Shown here: piece after piece, positions 8,067 to 16,689 of the stretch
Numbering within the stretch: position 1 is the first letter of the stretch
How the letters are laid out: each line of letters starts with the position of its first letter
Source: a virus
Lineage: Duplodnaviria > Caudoviricetes
IMG/VR virus record: IMGVR_UViG_3300001919_000035
Span: 10,257 to 74,256 of that record
Length of the DNA: 64,000 bases
Strand: one strand, 5' to 3'
Notes under the pieces: model-generated
Seen by the model: only the letters and a program-made list of their open reading frames with translations
What the model was told of the DNA's origin: nothing
Databases searched by the model: none
Program-made: the position numbers and the translations under genes

Positions 8067-8420
8067 ATGATAAGAGTAACAATTAAAAAAGGAACAAAGT
8101 GGTTACAAGTATTTGGTTTGGCTAGAATATTTGAAAGATATCTCAAACTAACTAAGTATGATGCTATAAAATTAGCATATACCACACAGAAACATGATGT
8201 ACTGATCCAAGGATCTAATAAAGATCTTAATCTGTATGCTCTTCATGTTAAACTACACAGGTTAAACATGCATGAGACATTAATTGAAGAGTTAGAAGGT
8301 TTTAAAGTTCAAGTTAATTTAACTGAATTTGAACCTCAAAGATTAGGCTATCCATATAGAAACAAGAAGCTATGGGAAAGTAAAACTAATCTACTAATTT
8401 TCCGAAGTATAGAATCCTAA
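8067..8420 (+). CDS. Hypothetical protein
   Basis: 117-aa ORF. Confidence 0.65.
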   Translation: MIRVTIKKGTKWLQVFGLARIFERYLKLTKYDAIKLAYTTQKHDVLIQGSNKDLNLYALHVKLHRLNMHETLIEELEGFKVQVNLTEFEPQRLGYPYRNKKLWESKTNLLIFRSIES

Positions 8421-8451
8421 TTTTTATTCACAATTAAACATTTATCAAAAA

Positions 8452-9018
8452 ATGGAAAATTCAAACAATGGTGTAGGTACTGGATTTAAAACAGTATTAA
8501 TCCTGTTGCTATTAGTAACAGTAGGATTATTAAGCTTTTTAGCTTATAATCAGTTTACCGAGAATAAACTCTTGGATAACAGCTATGTGGAGTATGAAAA
8601 GACTCCAACAATTGAAGAAGCTATGTATGAATGGAATGAACAGAAAGAGAGTGCACGCGAATATGCAGTGTATATCAATCTGCCAGCTTCCATCGTACAA
8701 GCATTGTATGAAAAACTTGGTACACAATGTAATGTATCCGATTATGTCAAGGAATATGAGCGTAACAGCGAGTATTATGTATCCTTACAAATTGCAAAAC
8801 AATTACAAGAAAGTGGATTAAAGGATCCAGGTATTGATGGTAAAAGGCTTAAGAATGTTGAAATAAAGACAGAATTAGAGCCAGCGCCTGTTGAAAAACC
8901 TGCTCCTATTCCAGCTGTGCCAAAGGATACTACACAAGTATCACATACGAAACCAATTTCAAACTACTTTTATGATATAGATGGTGGGTATTATTATACC
9001 CAGTCTAGGTTGTCATAA
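8452..9018 (+). CDS. Membrane-anchored hypothetical protein
   Basis: N-terminal TM segment VLILLLLVTVGLLSFLAY; TTATCAAAA leader. Confidence 0.75.
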   Translation: MENSNNGVGTGFKTVLILLLLVTVGLLSFLAYNQFTENKLLDNSYVEYEKTPTIEEAMYEWNEQKESAREYAVYINLPASIVQALYEKLGTQCNVSDYVKEYERNSEYYVSLQIAKQLQESGLKDPGIDGKRLKNVEIKTELEPAPVEKPAPIPAVPKDTTQVSHTKPISNYFYDIDGGYYYTQSRLS

Positions 9019-9481
9019 AACTTTTTCTTCTAAATAACAATTCAAAACCACGTTTGCATGTGAATGTAGACGTGGTCATCAGTAAATGACAAACCTGTGG
9101 GGCGTAAATAATCTCATGCGTCTGAGTGGTAAATGTAATTCGGCTTGATGGTGTTAGCACATACATTATCAAAATGTTTTATACACCGCCTTTTAGATGT
9201 GCTAGTGGCATGAGTTTTATGATCGTGCGGACGTAAAAATCAGGTAGATAATAAGAATTGTACTAGCAATACATTTCTGCTGTATCTTTAAACATGTAAT
9301 TAACGCTATAATTACTCTTTTCATTAGATCTCCTCGCTCATTGAGAAAGAGTAATTGTTTTCTCTCAAGGGAGTTGCACTTACGCTACAACGTAAGATAA
9401 ACGAATAGATCAGGCGACCGAAGCCTTATCCAGAATAGTTGTAGATATTCTGGCGTCATCAAACTTTTAAACATTATCAAA

Positions 9482-9922
9482 ATGAATGCAAAAGTAAATG
9501 GACTAGCATTGGTATTATTACCGGCTAATGTTACAGTACCAGAAGTAAAACAAATCTTTGATTCAGTATTGGCGAAACTACAAGAAGAAACCATTACTTT
9601 AAATGATTTAAGAAGCGGTTATGTTGCAATCTTGAATCAAAATGATTTGTTTGGCTTAAATCTGGCAGAAATGCCAAATGAAAAGCTAGTTACTGTAACT
9701 GAGAACCTTCTGAGCGCATTTGGTGATAAAACATCAGATCCGCTAAAGTTTGCTACATCATTTGTATGTGAATACTATGGACCACGTGATTTAATTAATC
9801 ACGAAGTCGTGACGATGTTTGCAAATGTTAAAGAGCACAGTTCCGATTGGGACTATTTATCTCGCAAGAAATTAATATTTCTTGTACATCAGTGTAGAGA
9901 CATCTTATCTAACAATAGATAA
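9482..9922 (+). CDS. Hypothetical protein
   Basis: 146-aa ORF with TTATCAAAATG leader. Confidence 0.75.
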   Translation: MNAKVNGLALVLLPANVTVPEVKQIFDSVLAKLQEETITLNDLRSGYVAILNQNDLFGLNLAEMPNEKLVTVTENLLSAFGDKTSDPLKFATSFVCEYYGPRDLINHEVVTMFANVKEHSSDWDYLSRKKLIFLVHQCRDILSNNR

Positions 9923-9924
9923 TT

Positions 9925-10047
9925 ATGAGCAAAACACGTAAAGATAGCAGAGAACTTAAGACTACACGCAGGGGAAACCCTGCGCGTAAGCCTAAGATGA
10001 CTCCTTATAAAAGAGAGTCAAGAAGTGAACGAATGAAGGAATATTAG
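9925..10047 (+). CDS. Small, very basic protein, 40 aa
   Basis: Not in the track. MSKTRKDSRELKTTRRGNPARKPKMTPYKRESRSERMKEY*. Confidence 0.55.
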   Translation: MSKTRKDSRELKTTRRGNPARKPKMTPYKRESRSERMKEY

Positions 10048-10324
10048 TCCGCCAGTCTAATATTCTTGTTTATAACTCTTAATAATTAAATTATGAGTAA
10101 AAGGTGGTCAACCCCAAGTATGTTAGTAATACATCTAACGCCCTAACCTCAGTAAAAGGTATATGAAGTCATATACTACGAGTAGTGTGTACATTTTATG
10201 TGCAAATGATATATTCACAGGAATATATTAATTAAAAGAAGGGAAGGAGATGCTCTCGAATAAGAAATAGGAATAAGAGAGACATACTTTTATTAGCAAA
10301 ACATTTCAAAATTTAACATTAATA

Positions 10325-10621
10325 ATGGAAAAAAGTGAAGTTAAACAATTAGTAAAGGAGCTTATTAATAAAGATCCACCATTAAAGAATTATCTAGAAA
10401 TAAATCATATATACGGTAAATATACGTCTAGGTTAACAAAATACGCAATAGCATGTGATCATCGTGACAAAGACTCCGTTAAAGACCGTATTGATGAAAT
10501 ACTTTGTAATCCTTATCCATTATATGGATTTGGTTTATCAAAATATTGTATTTCTAGATCACTCATAACAGACATTTATTATAATAGTATTAACATTTAT
10601 CATAATAGTATTAACATTTAA
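10325..10621 (+). CDS. Hypothetical protein
   Basis: 98-aa ORF. Confidence 0.6.
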   Translation: MEKSEVKQLVKELINKDPPLKNYLEINHIYGKYTSRLTKYAIACDHRDKDSVKDRIDEILCNPYPLYGFGLSKYCISRSLITDIYYNSINIYHNSINI

Positions 10622-10633
10622 AACATTATCAAA

Positions 10634-11047
10634 ATGGAATCGAAAGACATTCTATCACAGATTGAAGAAGGCAGAACAGTAAGTAAATCACTTGTTGAAT
10701 CTGCAAATCAGGAAATTCTGAAGAACAAGGAAGAATCTCTGAAAAGAGAAGTAATAACAGCACTTGTTGATTCCGAATATTCTATCAGTTATCGTAAATT
10801 GGCTCTCCGTCGTGCTCGTGCAATCGAAGAAGTTGAAAAAGAAACTATCGAAGCTACCGGTGAAAACCGTAAACGACTCGAAGAAGGAGGGATCACACCA
10901 GAACAGTGGCGTAAGAAAGAAGTTGAAATTAATGATGAAAATATTAAGAAGATATCTGAAGTACGTGGCAAGTACAATGAATATCTTCGACAGCTGAACA
11001 AAATGTCGCCAGATGTTTCTTGGGGAGTAGAAAAAGAACAGTTTTAA
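10634..11047 (+). CDS. Coiled-coil hypothetical protein
   Basis: 137-aa charged helical ORF with TTATCAAAATG leader. Confidence 0.75.
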   Translation: MESKDILSQIEEGRTVSKSLVESANQEILKNKEESLKREVITALVDSEYSISYRKLALRRARAIEEVEKETIEATGENRKRLEEGGITPEQWRKKEVEINDENIKKISEVRGKYNEYLRQLNKMSPDVSWGVEKEQF

Positions 11048-11449
11048 ATAACTATCTTTTACATTCCATCCTCAGTCTCTAGAAGCAAGAGGAATAAAAA
11101 CGAAGTTTAGTAGTGAAATGAGCATGAATGAACATGCTTACTCAAGACCTATAAGGCAGTAGTAGGAACTATTGTAGACATCACAGTCAAGGATATACAG
11201 ACCCTTAGAGGCAGGTTTAATTCCATATATCCAACTATCAAGGTCTAAGACGAAAGTAATAAGTGCTTTATGCCACCTATTGTTATAGTATCTTATATTT
11301 TAATGCAGGTTTATTGTTTAAGTACGAAGTGTATTACTAATAAATACTTTTAATAATAGATTATTATAAGTAATCAAAAAGGTGTAGGCTGAGAAATTAG
11401 CCTACACTTACTATCATTTTTTCATTTTTAAGTGATTTTATTCACAATA

Positions 11450-11740
11450 TAAGAACTGTATTGTGTCTTACTAGGCTTATTAATCATTGTTAGGACGAGG
11501 GTTCGACTCCCTCCAGCTCCACGCTCATAAGAGCTACAAAGGGCAAAGTAAAACTAGGATTTTTGATCGTGTTAACCGTGCGCCAAGTTTTTAAATTTTA
11601 GAACGGTTAAAAGGGGCTGCTTGGATTTGACTAGCAAAATTCATTAATAAGATAGGTTCATGTGTGTTTAAATGGCAATATTTTTGTCACAGACTATACT
11701 CAACTAGCAGTTGCGTAAAGTCACGTGCTAACTACGAAAG
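11450..11740 (+). ncRNA. ssrA: Circularly permuted two-piece tmRNA gene (outer ends approximate)
   Basis: Acceptor piece GGAC-GAGGG-TTCGACT-CCCTC-CAGCTCC-A (11493-11521) precedes the 5' piece GGGGCTG...GGATTTGAC (11613 onward). G3:U70 pair, P2 pairings TAGCAA/TTGTTA and ATTAATAAG/CTTATTAAT, tag frame 11674-11718 GNIFVTDYTQLAVA*. Confidence 0.9.
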
Positions 11741-11746
11741 TGAGGA

Positions 11747-11801
11747 CTATCTAGTAGAGTAATCGAGTGGAAAGGTGGGTTCGATTCCCACCTAGATAGC
11801 A
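11747..11801 (+). ncRNA. Minimal tRNA-like element (acceptor plus T-arm)
   Basis: CTATCTAG/CTAGATAG stem, T-arm GTGGG-TTCGATT-CCCAC, 20-nt interior without an anticodon arm. Confidence 0.6.
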
Positions 11802-11824
11802 ACATTTTTAAAAATTTATCAAAA

Positions 11825-12163
11825 ATGAATAAGGATGGTTTAACACTAACAATCGAACATTATCGATTGTATGTAATGGAGAACATGCCCGAATCTTGGA
11901 AACGGGCTGCACTGAATCACAATGTACTAGAACAGCTTATTGAAGCTGTAGCTAGGTATTGTCTAGAACATCGCTTAAAAGGCAGTGAATTGTACTATCA
12001 TTTACATGAAAATGAATTGATATGTGCAGCATCTTTTGATAGCGAACCTCAAGGAATAGATTGGTGGATGGACATTAGTTCTGAAGCTAGTATGTTAGAG
12101 AATCATGGTTGTATTAACACGTATGCAGAAGATGAAGAAAACGGCAACACAAATGAAGTATGA
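11825..12163 (+). CDS. Hypothetical protein
   Basis: 112-aa ORF with TTATCAAAA leader. Confidence 0.7.
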   Translation: MNKDGLTLTIEHYRLYVMENMPESWKRAALNHNVLEQLIEAVARYCLEHRLKGSELYYHLHENELICAASFDSEPQGIDWWMDISSEASMLENHGCINTYAEDEENGNTNEV

Positions 12164-12533
12164 TTCATTTAACTTATCACAGTTTGAAACAGAATTTATC
12201 TGTGCTGGTGTGCGTGAAAATATAGTAGGAATGTACAAATTTCTCATTGAGAAAGGTGCACAAACTGTTAACAGTCATTTGGATTCAGTTAGAATATCTA
12301 GCGGAAAACCAATTGTATTGTTATGCAAAAATGCTATAGTAAATAAGTCCTTCAACACGTTTGGAAATGTCCAAATATTAGATAGAAGTTGGTGGGACTA
12401 TTATCACAATAAACGTCGTAAAACGTGTAAGACAACTACTAGAACGTACAATCTGCCTTCACAATGGAATGTTGTACTTATGGTAGGCTGCGTGTGGAAG
12501 GAAGTAGAAGTATTAATACCTGAAGTTGTATGA
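12153..12533 (+). CDS. Hypothetical protein
   Basis: Frame of track ORF 12105..12533; likely start MKYDSF overlapping the previous gene end. Confidence 0.65.
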   Translation: MKYDSFNLSQFETEFICAGVRENIVGMYKFLIEKGAQTVNSHLDSVRISSGKPIVLLCKNAIVNKSFNTFGNVQILDRSWWDYYHNKRRKTCKTTTRTYNLPSQWNVVLMVGCVWKEVEVLIPEVV

Positions 12534-12715
12534 AAGTAGGAAAAAGAATCTATTTCGACAGTCCTCAAGAGAGAAAGAAATTTACTGATCTCTTGAAAGA
12601 TGCAAAAGACATTTTAGAAATGTCACAGATAATATCTGAAGCCTTTAATAGAGATATGACAGAAGCTATGGAAATAGCAGGAGTGTATAACGAATTTATG
12701 CGGAAGGAAAAATGA
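12530..12715 (+). CDS. Small hypothetical protein
   Basis: ATGA overlaps with neighbours on both sides. Confidence 0.7.
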   Translation: MKVGKRIYFDSPQERKKFTDLLKDAKDILEMSQIISEAFNRDMTEAMEIAGVYNEFMRKEK

Positions 12716-13143
12716 ATCAGTTAACAAGCAATGGTACTTACATAGTTACCGTAAAAGGACAAGAATACATTGTAGTAATAGTTGGAAGCGCACCAATGTT
12801 ACAAATCTCCAGAGTGTTCAACTTATCTGCATTCATCGATGATGGCAGTGTAACATGTGAAGATAATAGTGAAGTAATGAAAGAAATATCTGAGAATCCT
12901 TCAGAATTCAATTACCGTCCTATTGATTTAGTAACAGAGTTTCAAACATATGAAGTGAAGAATGACAAAGCAATGATCAAGTATTCGCAAAAGGAATATC
13001 GTAGATGGTTATCCTATGCAAATACACTTGAGAAATCTGAACTCGTGTCTAAACTTATGCTTGAAAGATCGGATTTAACTTATCCTCTTTGTGAAATATT
13101 AATAGAACAACTATGGAACGACAAAAGGAATCTCTTAAGATAG
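12712..13143 (+). CDS. Hypothetical protein
   Basis: 143-aa ORF, coupled to the previous gene. Confidence 0.7.
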   Translation: MNQLTSNGTYIVTVKGQEYIVVIVGSAPMLQISRVFNLSAFIDDGSVTCEDNSEVMKEISENPSEFNYRPIDLVTEFQTYEVKNDKAMIKYSQKEYRRWLSYANTLEKSELVSKLMLERSDLTYPLCEILIEQLWNDKRNLLR

Positions 13144-13598
13144 ATCTAAATGTTGCTGATCTAAATAATTATCTGAAAATGAGACTATGTCATCCATACC
13201 TACCAAAAGATTTGGTAGAGGATTGGAACATTTTTGGATCTATTGTATCTAGAGTATATGGACCTGACGGAGTATTTCCAAAGGAGTACAAAGATGAAGA
13301 CTTACTTTTATGGTTAAAAGACCGTCTAAAAGTAAGAGCTTTATTAAAGTATTGCCAATGGAAACTATTCAGTAATTATGCAATGCTTAAAAATAAGCGA
13401 GCTACAGATGATGTACTCATGAGAATAATAGTTTCAAAATTGAACAATTTGAACTTACCTAGGATATATGCAGATGAAATATTTGACAATATACATTTGC
13501 AATATGCTGTTCGCAAACCAGTATTTGAAGATTACTTTGTTATCAAAGTACTTGGATTACCATTTGAGTTAACAGCAACTAGAGTATGTCCATTCTAA
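13113..13598 (+). CDS. Hypothetical protein
   Basis: 161-aa ORF ending CPF*. Confidence 0.7.
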   Translation: MERQKESLKIDLNVADLNNYLKMRLCHPYLPKDLVEDWNIFGSIVSRVYGPDGVFPKEYKDEDLLLWLKDRLKVRALLKYCQWKLFSNYAMLKNKRATDDVLMRIIVSKLNNLNLPRIYADEIFDNIHLQYAVRKPVFEDYFVIKVLGLPFELTATRVCPF

Positions 13599-13630
13599 GG
13601 ATATGTGGGGTTCGACTCCCCACATATTCA
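13599..13630 (+). ncRNA. tRNA minihelix (12 bp, T-loop, discriminator A)
   Basis: GGATATGTGGGG-TTCGACT-CCCCACATATTC-A, starting on the base after a stop codon. Confidence 0.55.
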
Positions 13631-13648
13631 CTAACCAAATAGCAAGCT

Positions 13649-14209
13649 ATGAAAAGAGAGGATGAAGATCTTCTTATTGAACATGCTAAGCTTGGTAAAC
13701 AGGATGCTTTTACAAAGCTTTATGATCGGCATCATAAGCTTATTCGTTACATTATATTTGATATTGTAAAGAATGGAGATGTAGCAGATGATTTATTATC
13801 AGTTACCTTCACAAAAGCATTTGCTCGTATTAATTCTTATGTAAACCCTATTTCATTTGAAATGTGGTTAAAAACAATAGCAGTAAACAGTGCTATAGAT
13901 TACATAAGAAGTACGAAGAACGAGAAGCAGAATCATTACATAGATTCTGAGGATAATTACATTCAATTAGACAACAATGATCTATCTCCTGAAGAGGAAA
14001 TTATAAAAAGAGAAAATGTTGAACAATTGAAAGTAGCTCTGCGTAGATTAAGATTTAAATATCGTAATATATTAGAATTACGATACTTTAAAGGTCTTTC
14101 CTACGAACAACTCGCAGAAGAGCTTAGCGTACCAATAGGAACAATAAAAAGTGACCTGAACAAAGCTAAGAAGAAATTGCGAGAATTCTACAATAATATC
14201 AATAACTAA
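13649..14209 (+). CDS. ECF-type RNA polymerase sigma-70 factor
   Basis: Region 2 (DAFTKLYDRH...VADDLLSVTFTKAF...FEMWLKTIAVNSAIDYIR) and region 4 HTH (LRYFKGLSYEQLAEELSVPIGTIKSDLNKAKKKLR). Confidence 0.9.
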   Translation: MKREDEDLLIEHAKLGKQDAFTKLYDRHHKLIRYIIFDIVKNGDVADDLLSVTFTKAFARINSYVNPISFEMWLKTIAVNSAIDYIRSTKNEKQNHYIDSEDNYIQLDNNDLSPEEEIIKRENVEQLKVALRRLRFKYRNILELRYFKGLSYEQLAEELSVPIGTIKSDLNKAKKKLREFYNNINN

Positions 14210-14225
14210 CAAATATTCACAAACT

Positions 14226-14615
14226 ATGGCAGAAATTGTAATTATTGCAATTGCAGTATTAGTAGCAGCTATTATTATTGGGAAGGCCAACCGTAGTAAT
14301 GAGCTTATACTTAGACTGTTGTTCTGTTTCAGTGTTAGTGTATGTGTCTCTGTTGCGTTTTTGTATGTATTCAGTGCAAAACCTAAAGTTTCAGCACAGG
14401 CTACTACAACGCTTAGTAAGGCAATAGAATCTGATACAGCATCCCATGTAGTATTCTTTGACCAGATAGCAATGGACAAAGATTCCATATCAGGTGCTAC
14501 AGGTCAGGATTCTGTAAAAGATGATTGCCTTACATGGACACAAGTACCTAATATGTTTGTCATTCCAATAATAGCTGGAATGATAGCTGAACATGCGATC
14601 TTTGATTCTTCATAG
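14226..14615 (+). CDS. Membrane protein with two TM segments
   Basis: Hydrophobic segments at aa 3-19 and 26-48. Confidence 0.7.
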   Translation: MAEIVIIAIAVLVAAIIIGKANRSNELILRLLFCFSVSVCVSVAFLYVFSAKPKVSAQATTTLSKAIESDTASHVVFFDQIAMDKDSISGATGQDSVKDDCLTWTQVPNMFVIPIIAGMIAEHAIFDSS

Positions 14616-14705
14616 ATAGCAAGGAACAAAAATTAGAGAGAGAAAAAGCTGAAAAGCAAGTAATTAACATTTAAACACATTAACAAACAAAAATTCATTA
14701 TCAAA

Positions 14706-16172
14706 ATGAGCAAGAACAAAGACAATAAAAAAGGAGCACAAGCCGCTGCTCAGTCTACAAAGAAAGATAATACTGTAAAAGGCAAAGCAGTAGAAAACAA
14801 AGTAAAAGAACAGGAAAAGAAAGTTGCCGCTCAGGAAGAAAAAGTACCTGAAAAGCCGATAGAAGATGCTACAGGTGAATCACCTGCAACTGTACAGGAA
14901 GAAACTCCTGCACCAGCTCCTACTGTTCATAACCCTGCCGAAGCATCAGCAACAGTATTCAAGAATGCTGAATTGCAAGAAACATTAACAGCTATGGCGC
15001 TTACCCCAGAAACCGTTCTGGATGCTAATCATACCGTAGAATTGTTAACAGTTGCAACAAAGCGTTTTGAAGCAAAAGATCCCCGTAATCCAACGGTTAT
15101 TGCTGCAAATGAAATGCTGGATGAATTGACTTGTTATTGTATTGCACTCGCTGGCGTAAATATGTCAGTAAATGGCAAGAAAATCGGTCTTTCTATCCCC
15201 GTTGGTGCTCTTCCATCTTATGTACGGGCTATGGGTTACTTTGGAATTGCACTTCCTGAAGCAAGTGCAGTACCCGATCCTAAGAATCCGGGACAAATGA
15301 TTATTCCGTTTGACGGAGTATCAAAAGAGACAGAAGAAACTATCAAAAAGGAAATCAAATTACACAAAGATGCAAAACCAGCAATGGATGTATCGCTGTG
15401 GAAATCTGATGAAGATGTAAAGAAAGCAATTTCCTACATCCTCAGTGATACACTGAGTAAAGATAATCGGTTCCAGGTTTCTCTGTCAAAGATACGTATG
15501 TACAAAGTGCTGAACGCAGCTAACGATGATGAAAAGAAGATGTGGGAATCTGCGTCTCTTTCAGCAATCTTCGAAACAATGCTTACGTTGTTAGGAGACA
15601 GTAAGTCTACATTACTGAATGCAGTAGGTGGACAGGTTTATTCTGCTGCAGCAACACGTAAAAATCCGATCCTTTCGCATCTGGCATTAAAACGGAATTT
15701 CCCGCAGTGTACAGATAAAGACATTTCCGAAATTGTTCGGATTATTGTCAAGACGAAAGCTGCCTCTATGAATCCGGATCAACCTATTGAGCAGAATATT
15801 GCTTGGTTAGGTTTGAACAACGGAAAGCGAGAAGATTGTCTTCTTATTCCAACAAAATCTACCAGTGAAGATAAAGAAATCATGGGTAGAATTCAGTCCG
15901 CATACAGTGACAAAGTAGGTGTTCCCTCAGAAGAAGGTTACAACCTGAAAGTTACTAATTTCTTAGCAACAATCGTAAATCTGTACAAAACAGATGATTT
16001 CATTACTCAGTACAGTGCAGCTGACTATACTGATTGTGTCAACAAAGCTTTAGAAGCAATTTCCGGAAAGACTGCTCCTAAAGACGATAAGACACTGGAT
16101 CCGAAAGAAACTAAGAAAGAAGAAAAGCCGGCTGACAAAAAGGAAAAGAAGGACGACAAAAACAAGAAATAA
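14706..16172 (+). CDS. Hypothetical protein, 488 aa, with charged low-complexity termini
   Basis: Long ORF with TTATCAAAATG leader. Confidence 0.85.
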   Translation: MSKNKDNKKGAQAAAQSTKKDNTVKGKAVENKVKEQEKKVAAQEEKVPEKPIEDATGESPATVQEETPAPAPTVHNPAEASATVFKNAELQETLTAMALTPETVLDANHTVELLTVATKRFEAKDPRNPTVIAANEMLDELTCYCIALAGVNMSVNGKKIGLSIPVGALPSYVRAMGYFGIALPEASAVPDPKNPGQMIIPFDGVSKETEETIKKEIKLHKDAKPAMDVSLWKSDEDVKKAISYILSDTLSKDNRFQVSLSKIRMYKVLNAANDDEKKMWESASLSAIFETMLTLLGDSKSTLLNAVGGQVYSAAATRKNPILSHLALKRNFPQCTDKDISEIVRIIVKTKAASMNPDQPIEQNIAWLGLNNGKREDCLLIPTKSTSEDKEIMGRIQSAYSDKVGVPSEEGYNLKVTNFLATIVNLYKTDDFITQYSAADYTDCVNKALEAISGKTAPKDDKTLDPKETKKEEKPADKKEKKDDKNKK

Positions 16173-16189
16173 ACTAATCATCCATCAAG

Positions 16190-16582
16190 ATGAGACGTAC
16201 GTCTGATTTTCTTTGGTGTGTAGTGTTTGCATTTATTGCTGTCATAACTACCATCAAATTGAGCGGTCCACAGACTGTTGAGGCTTCAGAGGTTCCGTTA
16301 CCTCTTCCAGAGCTTACTATGCCCAAATTTGTTAATCCTGTAGGTCGTATTGACCTACAGATTGACTTAAATAAAGGCACTGCGAGAATAGAAAGTGATG
16401 CTGATATTGCTACAATTAATACTGTAGTTAATCATCCAGCTCCGAGTGTTAAACCTAAAACAAAAGTAGTTATAAAGAAAGATACAATAACAGAATATCT
16501 GGATAAAGTGGTCATGTTCTCTTTACCTAAAGGTCGTCTTCAGGTACCAGATATTGAATTTCCTAATAGAGTAGTACGATAA
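16190..16582 (+). CDS. Membrane-anchored or exported hypothetical protein
   Basis: N-terminal hydrophobic segment FLWCVVFAFIAVITTI. Confidence 0.7.
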   Translation: MRRTSDFLWCVVFAFIAVITTIKLSGPQTVEASEVPLPLPELTMPKFVNPVGRIDLQIDLNKGTARIESDADIATINTVVNHPAPSVKPKTKVVIKKDTITEYLDKVVMFSLPKGRLQVPDIEFPNRVVR

Positions 16583-16668
16583 TGAGTGAAAATGATAAAT
16601 TAGGATATCTTATATATCTTATGCTGTTAGTATTAGCAGCAGGAACTCTTTACTTACTCTGGTGTTAA
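16582..16668 (+). CDS. 28-aa single-TM peptide
   Basis: TAATG overlap with the previous stop; MSENDKLGYLIYLMLLVLAAGTLYLLWC*. Confidence 0.5.
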   Translation: MSENDKLGYLIYLMLLVLAAGTLYLLWC

Positions 16669-16689
16669 CAATACGCTCTAAAAGAATGG

